A DNA stretch of 64,000 nucleotides from Bdellovibrionales bacterium (lineage in GTDB: Bacteria; Bdellovibrionota; Bdellovibrionia; Bdellovibrionales; UBA1609), in assembly GCA_043764155.1 (NCBI GenBank), contig JAYUKW010000031.1, positions 71,439 to 135,438 of the forward strand, in the 5' to 3' direction. Position 1 is the stretch's first letter, and each line of letters opens with the position of its first letter. Both the position numbers and the translations under genes were made by a program. Positions 46,537 through 57,062 of this stretch are shown here, in pieces. Under the pieces are notes generated by a model. The model saw nothing but the letters and a program-made list of their open reading frames with translations. It searched no databases and was not told where the DNA came from.

Positions 46537-47370
46537 ATGAAATATATATTCTTGATTTTATCTTTATCTGCTGGACCTGCATCTGCGATCCAAATTTCTG
46601 GTTTTAAAAATGATCTGTTTCAACATCGACGAGTTATTGACTCAAGATCTAACGGCAACTTTGTGATTTTTGATTATAACGAAGCTCGCGATGTGAATGG
46701 GCAAGACGAAATCCCTGTCGACAAAGCCCTAACTGAACGGGTCACTTTATTAGATACTGGTTTTGAAAGGTCCACCAGAATTTCAGGCGTTGACACAAAT
46801 GTGGCTGGCAATATCAAAGGGGCTAAATTTGCAGTCATTTTTATCCACGGACAAAATGGAAATAAAAACTTAGGTTTTAATGATTGGACTTTTGGTGGCA
46901 ATTTTAACCGACTAAAAAATATTGTAATAAGAAGTGATGGCTTTTATTTAAGCCCTACTGCACGACTAAATAAGCGAGGAGCAAAAAACATTGGAACTAT
47001 GATTCAGTCTCTAAAAGCCAAAAACAGTGGGCTTAAGGTTGTTCTCTCTTGTGCTTCAGCAGGCGGACTCATTTGTAGTGATCTAAGTCGAAGCGAAGCT
47101 CACTCAAGTCTGATCGATGGAGTGATTTATTTAGGATCTGCCGTTGTGCCCAATTTAGTTTCACAAAGCCAATTTTATCTCAAAAAAACACCAATCATAA
47201 TAGCTCATGGATCAAGTGATCCTATCGCAGATTGGAGTTATTTTTTACAAGTTTTCAAAACTTTAGATTCAGACCAGCATCCAGTAAAATTATTTATCTA
47301 TAAATCTGGCATACATGGAACACCAATCAGAATGTTTGATTGGGCAGAAGGCCTAAATTGGATTTTATAA
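46537..47370 (+). CDS. Secreted alpha/beta-hydrolase-like protein
   Basis: Signal peptide; VIFIHGQNGN; nucleophile-elbow-like SCASAGG; AHGSSDP. Confidence 0.5.
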   Translation: MKYIFLILSLSAGPASAIQISGFKNDLFQHRRVIDSRSNGNFVIFDYNEARDVNGQDEIPVDKALTERVTLLDTGFERSTRISGVDTNVAGNIKGAKFAVIFIHGQNGNKNLGFNDWTFGGNFNRLKNIVIRSDGFYLSPTARLNKRGAKNIGTMIQSLKAKNSGLKVVLSCASAGGLICSDLSRSEAHSSLIDGVIYLGSAVVPNLVSQSQFYLKKTPIIIAHGSSDPIADWSYFLQVFKTLDSDQHPVKLFIYKSGIHGTPIRMFDWAEGLNWIL

Positions 47371-47391
47371 GCTGGATTTTATAAATATTTT

Positions 47392-48267
47392 TTATACATC
47401 AATTCCAACTGGCATGCAGACATATAAATCGAATCCACAGTTTTCTGTTCCTCTCACTGAATCAGGAACTTCATAAATAGAATCAGTATCCTCGTTGTAC
47501 ATATGGTCTGTTAATCCGTCTTTAATCGAACAATTGCTTTTATTTGCGAATCCTAAAATAGGAACAGACTTGTAGTGGACAGGGCAAGTGCAATCCGATG
47601 TCGACGGATTAGGATTTTTACACTGCCCCCCATTTTGTAGATACTTCGTAAACATACCCCCACTAGGATCCGCAGCAATCCACTGGTCGCCATTACATAT
47701 CAACGTTGTTTTGAAAGCTAATTTTGAAATATCACTTAATTTGGTAGCACCAATAGTATTAGCATCACAAACATTAGATTTAATTTTTTCTGATGTATTT
47801 AAAATAGTTGAACAGCCTGATATTTTTCCATTTTTAATATTAAAGTAAATTGGAATTTTAATCGAGTTGTCTTCATTTTTTTTATTAACAATTTCTAGAT
47901 CTGAGACATAATTATTTTCATAAAGATTTACTTTATTATTTAAATTTAAATTTAAATTTTTAAAATTCTCATCGACTTTAGAGTAATTAATTGTTTTAGT
48001 TGCATTCAAAAAAATCTCGTTAGTGTTGAAGGCTGTATTCACATCTAAATCTTTAAAGTTTGCCTTACACACATTTGGATCTTTTAGACTATTTTTAATC
48101 ATTTTGTAATAATCTCTTAAATCCATCTTTTTTTCTATCTTTGAACTTGTCTTGTCTATCTCACCAAACATAGTAGCAATGTTTACAGAAAGCAATCCTA
48201 ACAAAACCAAAGAGGCTAAGACTTCAACAAAAGAAAAACCTGTCTGATTAAAAAATTTAGGACTCAT
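47392..48267 (-). CDS. Type IV pilin/pseudopilin-like protein with a Cys-rich C-terminal domain (paralog 3)
   Basis: Prepilin motif QTG/FSFVEVLASLVLLGLL (Glu5 present). C-terminal CKNPNPSTSDCTCPVHY. Confidence 0.65.
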   Translation of the reverse strand: MSPKFFNQTGFSFVEVLASLVLLGLLSVNIATMFGEIDKTSSKIEKKMDLRDYYKMIKNSLKDPNVCKANFKDLDVNTAFNTNEIFLNATKTINYSKVDENFKNLNLNLNNKVNLYENNYVSDLEIVNKKNEDNSIKIPIYFNIKNGKISGCSTILNTSEKIKSNVCDANTIGATKLSDISKLAFKTTLICNGDQWIAADPSGGMFTKYLQNGGQCKNPNPSTSDCTCPVHYKSVPILGFANKSNCSIKDGLTDHMYNEDTDSIYEVPDSVRGTENCGFDLYVCMPVGIDV

Positions 48268-49117
48268 AATAACACTCCATCACTTTTGCCCCACATCCAG
48301 CACCAGAACCATAATTGAAATAGCCCCCACGGCAGTCTTGACTTTCGAATTCATAAATTAATTTTGAACTGAATCCAGAAGGGCATTTACAACCACCTGT
48401 ATAAATATTTTTATTCATACATTGTCCCACATCACCTTTAGCATCCGTTGCAAAAGAAAAATAACCTGCATTTTTATAAGCAGGAATCCAAGCTGTTCCA
48501 TCACAAACTTTAGGAATTTTGTCATTTGTACTATAAATAAACTTCCCTTTTGAAAAAGAGTCACACTTGGATTCATCAACAGTCACATTCATATTCGATC
48601 TGCATTTTAAAATTTTACCCTCGGCATTCAATTCAACTTTGAGCTCAACAACTGAAGATTTTTTTAATGGCAAATAGTTATAAGTTAAATTCGTCACAAA
48701 TTCTTTACTTACATTTGTAGATGATGTTTTTGCAATTTTAAGATTTTTTGAGTTATTATTTATTGCAGCAAGTGGTGATATATCCATCACTAAATCAGAA
48801 CCTACAGTTTTCATACTTTTAATTGACGTCAACTCGACATCACCTAAAACCAAGTCTTTATTTAAAAAATGTGCTGTACAGACTCTTTCATCTGAAAAGT
48901 AAGATATTATCATAGAATCACTGTTTTCAATTTCAAGTTCGGCGTCCACGCTTGAAATTGTTTTTTTGGCTTTATTAAAATAGCCTGAAGATAATATAAC
49001 AAGCGCAGACAACTGAGCTAATCCAATTATAAAGATCAACAGTATAGATCCAGATTCACTTTTTATATGAAATTTATTTTCTATCGACTGACGCATAATT
49101 TGACCTGTGCCCCACAT
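48257..49117 (-). CDS. Pseudopilin-like paralog 2 (non-canonical N-terminus, no Glu5)
   Basis: SESG/SILLIFIIGLAQLSALVIL hydrophobic segment. Shares CTAHF and CKCPSGF motifs with its neighbours. The start may be M8 (49096). Confidence 0.5.
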   Translation of the reverse strand: MWGTGQIMRQSIENKFHIKSESGSILLIFIIGLAQLSALVILSSGYFNKAKKTISSVDAELEIENSDSMIISYFSDERVCTAHFLNKDLVLGDVELTSIKSMKTVGSDLVMDISPLAAINNNSKNLKIAKTSSTNVSKEFVTNLTYNYLPLKKSSVVELKVELNAEGKILKCRSNMNVTVDESKCDSFSKGKFIYSTNDKIPKVCDGTAWIPAYKNAGYFSFATDAKGDVGQCMNKNIYTGGCKCPSGFSSKLIYEFESQDCRGGYFNYGSGAGCGAKVMECYYES

Positions 49118-49941
49118 CTTCCGTTTGTAACAATTTTATTTTCTCTGTCATTCGTATCATACCAGGCATCAAGTACGCCGTTTTTACAGCCGTAATTTTC
49201 AACCGAATATACTATCTGTGCAAAATACCCATCAGGACATGAACATTTACCGGTTCTTGGATTAGGTATTTTACAAGAATATCCAGATATCATTGAGGCG
49301 TAAGAACCACCGTTTCTTGAGTTATCTTTCCACTCAGAATTAATACAAGTTAATGTTTTTTCTTGAGTGAAGTCATAATTAGTAACCCCTTCACTTTCTG
49401 AATTACAGACAACATTTGTATCATCTAAATCACCGGCGAGTGAATCCGTAGAACATGTTTCTATTCTATCTGGGCTCAAAGCTTTTGTAGTGAAATAGAA
49501 TGGAAGTTCTTTAAAAATTTTATCTTTATCAGATTTTAAGATTATATTAGACATGTGGATATTTGTTCCACTCACTAACTCTCTGTTCACATTATCAATA
49601 TAAATTTTTAGATTTGGATCGTTATTTACAAATTTAACAACATTTAAGTTTAAAGTTTTGTCCGCCTTTATCCCGTAAATATTTTCTATATTTATATTAT
49701 TAGATGAAGTCTTATTACCAAAATTAGCTGAACACTTATCTTCAGACGCTAAAATTTTTCCTAATATCTGAATGGCGTCTAATGAATCCAAGCTTTTTTT
49801 TAGTGAAACATTTTTTTGGTTAAAAAACACGGCAAGTGTTGAAGCTTGCATTATCAAGAAAGAGATTAAAGTAGTAGAAATCATAAGTTCAATTAAATTG
49901 AATCCATGTCTACCTATCGACAATTTACCTGTATATTTCAT
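49081..49941 (-). CDS. Type IV pilin/pseudopilin-like protein with a Cys-rich C-terminal domain (paralog 1)
   Basis: GRHG/FNLIELMISTTLISFLI is a canonical prepilin cleavage/methylation motif. C-terminal CKIPNPRTGKCSCPDGY. Confidence 0.7.
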   Translation of the reverse strand: MKYTGKLSIGRHGFNLIELMISTTLISFLIMQASTLAVFFNQKNVSLKKSLDSLDAIQILGKILASEDKCSANFGNKTSSNNINIENIYGIKADKTLNLNVVKFVNNDPNLKIYIDNVNRELVSGTNIHMSNIILKSDKDKIFKELPFYFTTKALSPDRIETCSTDSLAGDLDDTNVVCNSESEGVTNYDFTQEKTLTCINSEWKDNSRNGGSYASMISGYSCKIPNPRTGKCSCPDGYFAQIVYSVENYGCKNGVLDAWYDTNDRENKIVTNGRCGAQVKLCVSR

Positions 49942-49984
49942 TATTTACTATCGGACAAAATGCTAATAAATTTAAAATAATTTA

Positions 49985-51727
49985 CTACATTTTTTGTGGA
50001 ACTTGAATATTTAGGACCTTAAGTCCAGCACCTAGTATTTTTTGCGAATGGATTGTTAAAAGAACTCGTCTGGTAGATAAGTCTTTATCCTCTAATCCTA
50101 AGATTCTATGTTTATTATAAAATGAATTATAAGACTTTGCTAAGTCCAAAAGGTAATTAGCAACAAGACTTGGCTTAAATTTTTCAAATGCCAAACTCAA
50201 AACAGATTCATATCCAAGTAAAACACAAATTAAATCAATTTCTTCTTTCTCAAAATTAATTTTATCATTATATGTATTAGTGATATCAAAATTAAATTTT
50301 TCAATTACACTTAAACATCTGACACTAGTATATTGTATATAAGGCCCACTATCCCCTTCAAAATCTAAAATCTTGGACCAGTCAAAATCCACATCTTTAA
50401 CTCTGTCATTGACTAAGTCATTAAAAATCACAGCACCTACACCCACTTGCTCAGCCACAAGATCTTTATTTTCTAAACTTGGATTTTTGGTTTCAATAAT
50501 TTCTTTTACAAGTTCAACGGACTTGTTTAAGACGTCTTCCAAAAAGATGGCTCGCCCTTTTCTAGTCGACATCTTTCCTTGATCTTTAAATCTATACATA
50601 CCAAATGAAATGTGATGGCAATTTTCTGCCCATTCATACCCCATTAAACTTAAAGTTTTAAACACTTGCTTGAAATGAAGTGTTTGATCTACACCCACCA
50701 CATAAAGATTTAAATCACTGCCCAAGACATCATGACGATAAATGGCACTTGCCAAATCACGAGTCGCATAAAGAGAAGCTCCATCACTTTTTTTAATTAA
50801 ACAAGGCGGCATATCTTCGCCCACATTTACGACGTAAGCCCCTTCGCTTAATTCAAGCAGCCCTTTTTGTTCAACCAAAGCCACAGTGTCTGAAAGTTGA
50901 TCTGAGTAAAAAGATTCACCACGAACTAGATCATGTTTAACTCCTAAACGGTCCCAAAGTCTTTGATACTCCTTCATTGAAATTTCAACAAACATCTTCC
51001 AAAGAGCAGTAATTTCAGGGTCGCCTTTTTCTAAACGAATAAAAACTTCTGACCCTTTTTCGTTTAAAGAATTATCTTTTTCAGCTTCATCATGAAATCG
51101 AACATACATATCAAACAAAGCTTTGAAAGGTTCATTTTTGAAGTCATATTCACTTTTCCATTCTGTGTAGGCCCATGCGAGCTTTCCAAACTGGACGCCC
51201 CAATCTCCTAAATGATTTAGTCCAACAACTTCATACCCTTGGGTTACGCTTAAATTTCTAAGTGCCTGACCAATAACTGTAGCTCTTAAGTGGCCCACGT
51301 TCATAGGCTTGGCAACATTAGGAGAAGAGTAATCAATGACTAATTTTTTATTATTTTTTTTTCTTACAAAACCAACGTTGTCAGTATTCACTAAATTTAA
51401 AAGCTGATTTGTTAAATAGCTAGTTTTAAATTTAAAATTCACGAATCCAGATATCGCTGAAACTTGCTCAACCTCTTTCAAAAACTCAGATTTGTGTTTT
51501 TCTTGATTTAAAAACTCAGCAATTCTTTTTGCTATTTCAGCAGGAGATAATCTCAAAGTTTTCGATAGACTAAAAACTGGCAAAGACATTTGACCAAAAC
51601 TTGTGTCATTTGGTTGTTCTAATAAATTTTTAATTTGATATTCAGACTTAGCAATACCGTTTAATAAGCTCATATTAAAAATGGATTCTAATTCAATTGA
51701 TAAGTCAGATTTAATTTTAAAATTCAT
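49985..51727 (-). CDS. argS: Arginine--tRNA ligase
   Basis: SPNVAKPMNVGHLR (HIGH-type) and KMSTRKG (KMSKS-type). C-terminal anticodon-binding domain ending in M. Confidence 0.95.
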   Translation of the reverse strand: MNFKIKSDLSIELESIFNMSLLNGIAKSEYQIKNLLEQPNDTSFGQMSLPVFSLSKTLRLSPAEIAKRIAEFLNQEKHKSEFLKEVEQVSAISGFVNFKFKTSYLTNQLLNLVNTDNVGFVRKKNNKKLVIDYSSPNVAKPMNVGHLRATVIGQALRNLSVTQGYEVVGLNHLGDWGVQFGKLAWAYTEWKSEYDFKNEPFKALFDMYVRFHDEAEKDNSLNEKGSEVFIRLEKGDPEITALWKMFVEISMKEYQRLWDRLGVKHDLVRGESFYSDQLSDTVALVEQKGLLELSEGAYVVNVGEDMPPCLIKKSDGASLYATRDLASAIYRHDVLGSDLNLYVVGVDQTLHFKQVFKTLSLMGYEWAENCHHISFGMYRFKDQGKMSTRKGRAIFLEDVLNKSVELVKEIIETKNPSLENKDLVAEQVGVGAVIFNDLVNDRVKDVDFDWSKILDFEGDSGPYIQYTSVRCLSVIEKFNFDITNTYNDKINFEKEEIDLICVLLGYESVLSLAFEKFKPSLVANYLLDLAKSYNSFYNKHRILGLEDKDLSTRRVLLTIHSQKILGAGLKVLNIQVPQKM

Positions 51728-51756
51728 TTTTAGTCCTGTATTTATATAGCCTGCAA

Positions 51757-52794
51757 TTAGTCATAGGCTAAAACAAATTCTTTTTCTAGTGTTTGGCCTT
51801 CTATTTCAATTTTTAGTAAATAAACACCAGCTGTGAGCTTATAAGGATAAAGTGGAATTCGAATACGACCTGTTCCTTGAGACACAAGATTTAGACCCGC
51901 TTTTAGATTTTGGGTTCGAACTCGTTTCCCTTGGGCATTAAACAGTCTGACTTTGACGGGTTGGCCTTTTTTAAGATCTGACCTTGCGTACATGTATTTT
52001 GGAAGATCACTTGTAAAGTCCTCGATCACAAAATAGCTTAAATTTAAATCTATACCCTCTTTTAAGACTAAATTCTGAATAGATTTGTAGCCAGAAAAAA
52101 TCACCAAACCGAAAGTCATAAAACAAAGCGTAAGTATCCAATTTTTTTTAATTGAAAAATTTTTATCAAAAGCATGCGATTCATGTCCAAATGATGAATT
52201 CACGTCCTCAAAAAAAGAAAGTTCGGATTTATCAGAATCTAATTTTTTAGTTTCATAATCCCAAGGTTCAGGCATGTTGGCTCTACGGTTATTCAGGACA
52301 CCGTTTTGGCAGCTATTTCGGTTGAAATTATGATTCTCAAAACGGTTCTCTATTTCAACCAAAGTATCATTGGCTTTTAATTTTTTCTTATATTTCCATC
52401 CTAAATATTGTAATGGTGAAATCTTAAGAGGGACTTCTGATAAACTGTTTGCAAGCGAGTCTTTGAATTCTGATCCATAGAAATCAAAATTATTTGACCT
52501 GGTATCCGTTTTTTCTGATAACGTTATGGGAGGTTTTTGAGTTAAAAAAAACGCTGATTCTTCATAGATTTTTTTCCAATCTTTCCAACCAGAAATCCAA
52601 CAAAAATCTGTAGGTCTAAAATCTCCCGATTTTAATTTGTCCTTAACTTCAGTTTTAGTTAATGGCCCAATTGGGCGCCAATTATTTTCAGCATCAAGCT
52701 TTAAGATAACCCAACTTTCGTCTTGGTTTTCAAAATGATTTGATTTTGATTTCAAAGAGTTTTTAATGCCTTTGAGTTTTGATTTTAAATCCAT
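51757..52794 (-). CDS. GYF_2-domain membrane protein
   Basis: WVILKLDAENNWRPIGPLTKTEVKDKLKSGDFRPTDFCWISGWKDWKKIYE is GYF_2-like. One TM helix, WILTLCFMTFGLVIFSGY. Confidence 0.55.
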   Translation of the reverse strand: MDLKSKLKGIKNSLKSKSNHFENQDESWVILKLDAENNWRPIGPLTKTEVKDKLKSGDFRPTDFCWISGWKDWKKIYEESAFFLTQKPPITLSEKTDTRSNNFDFYGSEFKDSLANSLSEVPLKISPLQYLGWKYKKKLKANDTLVEIENRFENHNFNRNSCQNGVLNNRRANMPEPWDYETKKLDSDKSELSFFEDVNSSFGHESHAFDKNFSIKKNWILTLCFMTFGLVIFSGYKSIQNLVLKEGIDLNLSYFVIEDFTSDLPKYMYARSDLKKGQPVKVRLFNAQGKRVRTQNLKAGLNLVSQGTGRIRIPLYPYKLTAGVYLLKIEIEGQTLEKEFVLAYD

Positions 52795-52808
52795 TTAAAA
52801 AGGATACA

Positions 52809-54470
52809 TCATTCCAATTGAGTTAGTAAATGTCTATACATGGCAATAAAGTGGTCAGACTCAATGGGAACACCCAAATAGCCAATAAACGCATCTCTGG
52901 ATATAAGTCCTGATTTAAATTTTTTATATAATTTTTGACCCATAATTTTACCCAAAATGGCCGCAGCCTCGAGCTGAACGCTCCAATGGGCGTCGGTGAT
53001 GGGTCTATTAATTTCAGCTGGATCAACAAAATCTGACGTGACATTTTTAATTTCTGATAATCTGAAATCGACTGAAAATCTTAGAACAGATTCTGCATAG
53101 TCCCCTTCTTTGCCTAAATTGTTCTCGAAAACAGTTTTTTGCTCTAAGGATTTAAGGCGAGCATTTAAATCAGATTCATTTAAAATTTTAACTGTTGGAT
53201 TCAACCAAAGGTTAAAAAAGAAACTAACAGCATCAAGCCAAATTCGTCTCTGCATAAAATAATCGCCTGACCAATTTAAACTTTCACGTTGGCTCAGCTG
53301 AGAATGAATAAATTCACCGACAAGGCTGTAAGCACTGTTCACAGAGGGCTTAGCTAAAAACTGAATTTGATCTTTTGGAAAGACGATATTTTTTTGTGCC
53401 GTAACAAAATAAGCTAGTTTCTCTTTGTCTTGTTTTTTTAACTTTAAAAACTCAAGCTTTTCAAAATCCAGATCCTTGGGAATTAATACATCTAATAAAT
53501 TTTTCCAATTAGGGAGTTCAAAGTCAGCAATATAGTTATCTAATATTTTTCCTAAATAGTCCGTATAATCGGGTTCAAATAAATCATCGTTTTCGATTTC
53601 AGAAATCATTTGGTCGTCCATTTCTTGAAGAAAAACCAAATAACTTTGAAGCTTAACCCAAGGGGTCGAACTTAGAATACAAAACTCTGACTGAAGACGC
53701 AGAACTTCAAATTTATCTTCTATGGCATGCTCTGAAAGTGCAAAATAAAGTTTATCGCTGTTGAGATGAAGAATAACATCTCGATTTAAATCAAAGTTTT
53801 TTATTTTTTGTGGCAAATGAGCTTGAGCTAAATGAAAGTCTCCATAAATTACATAATTTATAACTGTATTGTCTGAATTTAATGACTCAGATTCAAAAAA
53901 ATCATCAATAACTGAAGCTGAATAAAGATCTCGTTCTTTTAAATCATCCAGTTTAGAGTCATTGATGCCCAAGACTTTAATACTATTAAGTTTGGCCCAA
54001 TTCAGAATTTTTTCATATCCATCAATAGGCAAGTTGCTCCATGTTTTTTGCCATTTTGTTTTTTTTAATAAATCTTGAAAGTTAATTTTTCCGCTCAAAA
54101 AATCATCAATCTTTTTTTGATCCTTAAAATTAAAAATTTCTAGCATAAGGACTAATTTTTTTGTATTAAGCTTTTTATACACTTCCCGTAAAACCCTAAA
54201 ATGTGTTCTTTGGGACTGATAAAAAGAATGATAGTCGCCACCGATAACAAATCTAGCTTCAAGAATCTTTGAAACCAGTTCGTCCATTGACGAGATATCC
54301 CAAACTTGATCAAAGGTTTTTTCGTATTCATTTTGATAGTCTTGAATGTCGTCAGAAATTGGGCCAGTAAAAAGCTGAATTTCTTGGCGGAGTGATTCAT
54401 AAAAATGACGTCTTGTCTTTAACCATCTAGAATGCATATTATATCTTATATCTTTTGAGTTTCTGTTCAA
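52809..54470 (-). CDS. Hypothetical protein, possibly ChaN/Tiki-superfamily (haem-binding-uptake-like)
   Basis: VIGGDYHSF and YVIYGDFHLAQAHLP resemble the paired GxxH motifs of ChaN-like proteins. The assignment is weak. Confidence 0.35.
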   Translation of the reverse strand: MNRNSKDIRYNMHSRWLKTRRHFYESLRQEIQLFTGPISDDIQDYQNEYEKTFDQVWDISSMDELVSKILEARFVIGGDYHSFYQSQRTHFRVLREVYKKLNTKKLVLMLEIFNFKDQKKIDDFLSGKINFQDLLKKTKWQKTWSNLPIDGYEKILNWAKLNSIKVLGINDSKLDDLKERDLYSASVIDDFFESESLNSDNTVINYVIYGDFHLAQAHLPQKIKNFDLNRDVILHLNSDKLYFALSEHAIEDKFEVLRLQSEFCILSSTPWVKLQSYLVFLQEMDDQMISEIENDDLFEPDYTDYLGKILDNYIADFELPNWKNLLDVLIPKDLDFEKLEFLKLKKQDKEKLAYFVTAQKNIVFPKDQIQFLAKPSVNSAYSLVGEFIHSQLSQRESLNWSGDYFMQRRIWLDAVSFFFNLWLNPTVKILNESDLNARLKSLEQKTVFENNLGKEGDYAESVLRFSVDFRLSEIKNVTSDFVDPAEINRPITDAHWSVQLEAAAILGKIMGQKLYKKFKSGLISRDAFIGYLGVPIESDHFIAMYRHLLTQLE

Positions 54471-54554
54471 TCGTTTATGGAACTATTAAAGAAAAAAAGA
54501 CCCAAGGAAAAACTTTTTAAGAAACCTGAGTAAAATATCAGAGGAAAATATCAA

Positions 54555-55736
54555 ATGATTAAGAACTTTTACTTACTTGCATTGACGATTATCTTATCAA
54601 TTATTTTACATGCGTATTTAACTAACAGCTACTACCAAATTCATTATGGCGAAGGCGTCTCTGGAAACTCAATTTGTAATGTCGGAGAAAAGTTTAATTG
54701 TGAAGCTGTTTCTGCAAGCCCTTACTCCCAGTTTCTTGGAATTCCACTGGCCGTTTGGGGGCTAGGGTTAAACTTGGCTCTATTGATATTACTTTTAGGT
54801 CACATGATAAGTGATGATTTCAAGAAACAGTGGTTTACAGCTTTTCAAATTTTAGTTTTAATGAGCGCACTGGGATCTATCGTTATGGGGATTATCTCTT
54901 TGAGTTTTTTAAGCGTGTACTGCTTATTTTGTATTATTTTATACGGTCTATCTTTCTTTCAACTCTATCTTGTATTTAAGATTTCACCCTTGGCTGAATT
55001 TAAACAAAATGTTTTTGGGCTTTTTAATTTAAGTAAGGTCCCTTACGCAGTATTTATCACACTTCTTTTATTTCCAGGAATTTCTATTTTTGTAAGTGCA
55101 AAAATGAAAAGGGATTATGGTGGGGATAAATTTGAAAAACAATTAGACTCACTTTTATCGGACTGGAAAAACGAATCTAATGTGATTGTCTTTGCGAACA
55201 CACCTGGAACTTTATCTCAGCCAGCAAAAAACTCGGAAACTAAATTCGAAATCGTCGAATTTGCTGATTTTTTATGTGGTCATTGCCAAAAAGCGTCCAG
55301 AACTATAAAGACTTTTTTAGCCAACCATGATGCAAATTTTAGATTCTATACTTTTCCTCTGGACCAAACATGCAGAACAACTGAAAACAATTTAACGGGC
55401 CCCAGCTGTTACCTTGCAAAAACCACTTACTGTGCAGAAAAACAAGGTCAGGGCTGGAAGGTGCATGATTGGCTTTTTGACAATCAAAAAGACATGTTTG
55501 TTAGCCTTGATAAAATAAAATTGAAAGTGAAAGATATGATATCCAACTTTGGTCTAGCTGAAGCCGAATGGATTTCATGCACAGAATCAGAAGAAACTCA
55601 TCAAGCTATTGTCAATCAAAGTCAGTTTGCCCAAAATTTAAATATCACGGGAACACCTACTATTTTTGTAAACGGAAAAAAACTTAAGGGTGGCCAAGTT
55701 TTAGATGTTTTGAAACGAGCGTACAAAATTCAATAA
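54555..55736 (+). CDS. Vitamin K epoxide reductase (VKOR) domain fused to a DsbA/thioredoxin-like domain
   Basis: Loop cysteines CNVGEKFNC, TM CxxC (CLFC), then Trx-fold FADFLCGHCQKA and GTPTIFVNG. Confidence 0.8.
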   Translation: MIKNFYLLALTIILSIILHAYLTNSYYQIHYGEGVSGNSICNVGEKFNCEAVSASPYSQFLGIPLAVWGLGLNLALLILLLGHMISDDFKKQWFTAFQILVLMSALGSIVMGIISLSFLSVYCLFCIILYGLSFFQLYLVFKISPLAEFKQNVFGLFNLSKVPYAVFITLLLFPGISIFVSAKMKRDYGGDKFEKQLDSLLSDWKNESNVIVFANTPGTLSQPAKNSETKFEIVEFADFLCGHCQKASRTIKTFLANHDANFRFYTFPLDQTCRTTENNLTGPSCYLAKTTYCAEKQGQGWKVHDWLFDNQKDMFVSLDKIKLKVKDMISNFGLAEAEWISCTESEETHQAIVNQSQFAQNLNITGTPTIFVNGKKLKGGQVLDVLKRAYKIQ

Positions 55737-55820
55737 AGCTATAATCCTTTCACCTGTTGACAACTGAAAGCTTAAACCTTCAACTAGAGTTAAGTGCAGT
55801 TCTGTGCGGAGGCCATTTAA

Positions 55821-57059
55821 GTGAGTGATAAAAATAATTTAAACACACCGCCAACCCCCGATCAGTTACTAACAGTAACAACAGACAGTTACCACAGCTC
55901 ATCATCTCCAGGATCGAGTCTTCAAACAGTTATAAAGCATAATGAAGACTTAATGGCCAGGCTATCCGTTAACCTAAGACGAGTCGGGCATCTTGAAAAA
56001 GTGATTGATGATTTAATGTTGCGATTCAAAGTTGAAAAATCAAGTAGCGATGCCCTACGGGATGAACTTTTAATTTACACTGAAAAAAATCGATTGTCTG
56101 AAAGTCAAAATCAAAAAATGTTAGGTGATTTAAGTCGCAATCAAAAAAAAATTGAACAGATAAATACAGAAAATGAAGTTTTAAAATCGCAGTTTAGAAC
56201 TTTAGAAAAAGACTACGAATCTAAATTAAATCAACTTGATCTTGAAGTTGTTGAACTTGAAAAAATTAAAGATTCTGCTGAAAACCAATTAAAACCTAGA
56301 CTTGTTCTATTTGAAGACCAAGTCAAAAAACAACAATTTTTAATTGAAGAATTAAGATCTAAAAATGAAGAATTAAAAGAAAAACTTCTGACTTTAAGCC
56401 ATCAAGCTCAAAGCGAATCTTTAAAATTTCAGAACATTTCTAAAGACCTACAACATAAACTTAAAGAGCGAGACATAATCATCGGACAGTATGAAGGCCT
56501 AGATGATAAGCTCAAATCTTTATCGAAAGACAAGGCTATTTTAGAAAATAAAAATATTGATTTAAACGGTGAGCTTAGGAAGCTTCAGTCCGCTAGGTCA
56601 TCAGAAGTTGAAAAACTTCAAGAGGATTTAGCTCAAAAATCGAATGAAGTTCAAAAATTTAAAGTTGAAAATTACGAAATTAAAAAGTCATGGGCTGAAT
56701 CCCATGCGAATTCTAAGACTTTAGAATCTCAAGCGAAAATGTTAGAAGAACAAGCTCAGTCCATGAATTATATGTGGCAAGAAAAAAATAGAAAATTTAT
56801 TGAATTAGAATCACAAAATAAAATATACGAGAGTATGCGCCATGACCTTTCCGTTAAAATTAAAAATTTTGAGTTAGAAATGAAAGCTAAAAATCAAAAA
56901 ATCAGTGACCTTCTGACCATGGTTGAAACCATGAAAGATAAAGGCCATCACGAAAAAGAAGCCATTTTAGAAACGGCCATTCGCGGAATGAAAGGTCTTT
57001 ATTTTGAAGAAGATATCGAACAGTCTTCAATGACCCCTATCAAAAATCCGACTGTTTAG
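55821..57059 (+). CDS. Coiled-coil protein
   Basis: 412 aa with heptad-rich K/E/L composition throughout. GTG start. Confidence 0.5.
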   Translation: MSDKNNLNTPPTPDQLLTVTTDSYHSSSSPGSSLQTVIKHNEDLMARLSVNLRRVGHLEKVIDDLMLRFKVEKSSSDALRDELLIYTEKNRLSESQNQKMLGDLSRNQKKIEQINTENEVLKSQFRTLEKDYESKLNQLDLEVVELEKIKDSAENQLKPRLVLFEDQVKKQQFLIEELRSKNEELKEKLLTLSHQAQSESLKFQNISKDLQHKLKERDIIIGQYEGLDDKLKSLSKDKAILENKNIDLNGELRKLQSARSSEVEKLQEDLAQKSNEVQKFKVENYEIKKSWAESHANSKTLESQAKMLEEQAQSMNYMWQEKNRKFIELESQNKIYESMRHDLSVKIKNFELEMKAKNQKISDLLTMVETMKDKGHHEKEAILETAIRGMKGLYFEEDIEQSSMTPIKNPTV

Positions 57060-57062
57060 ACA

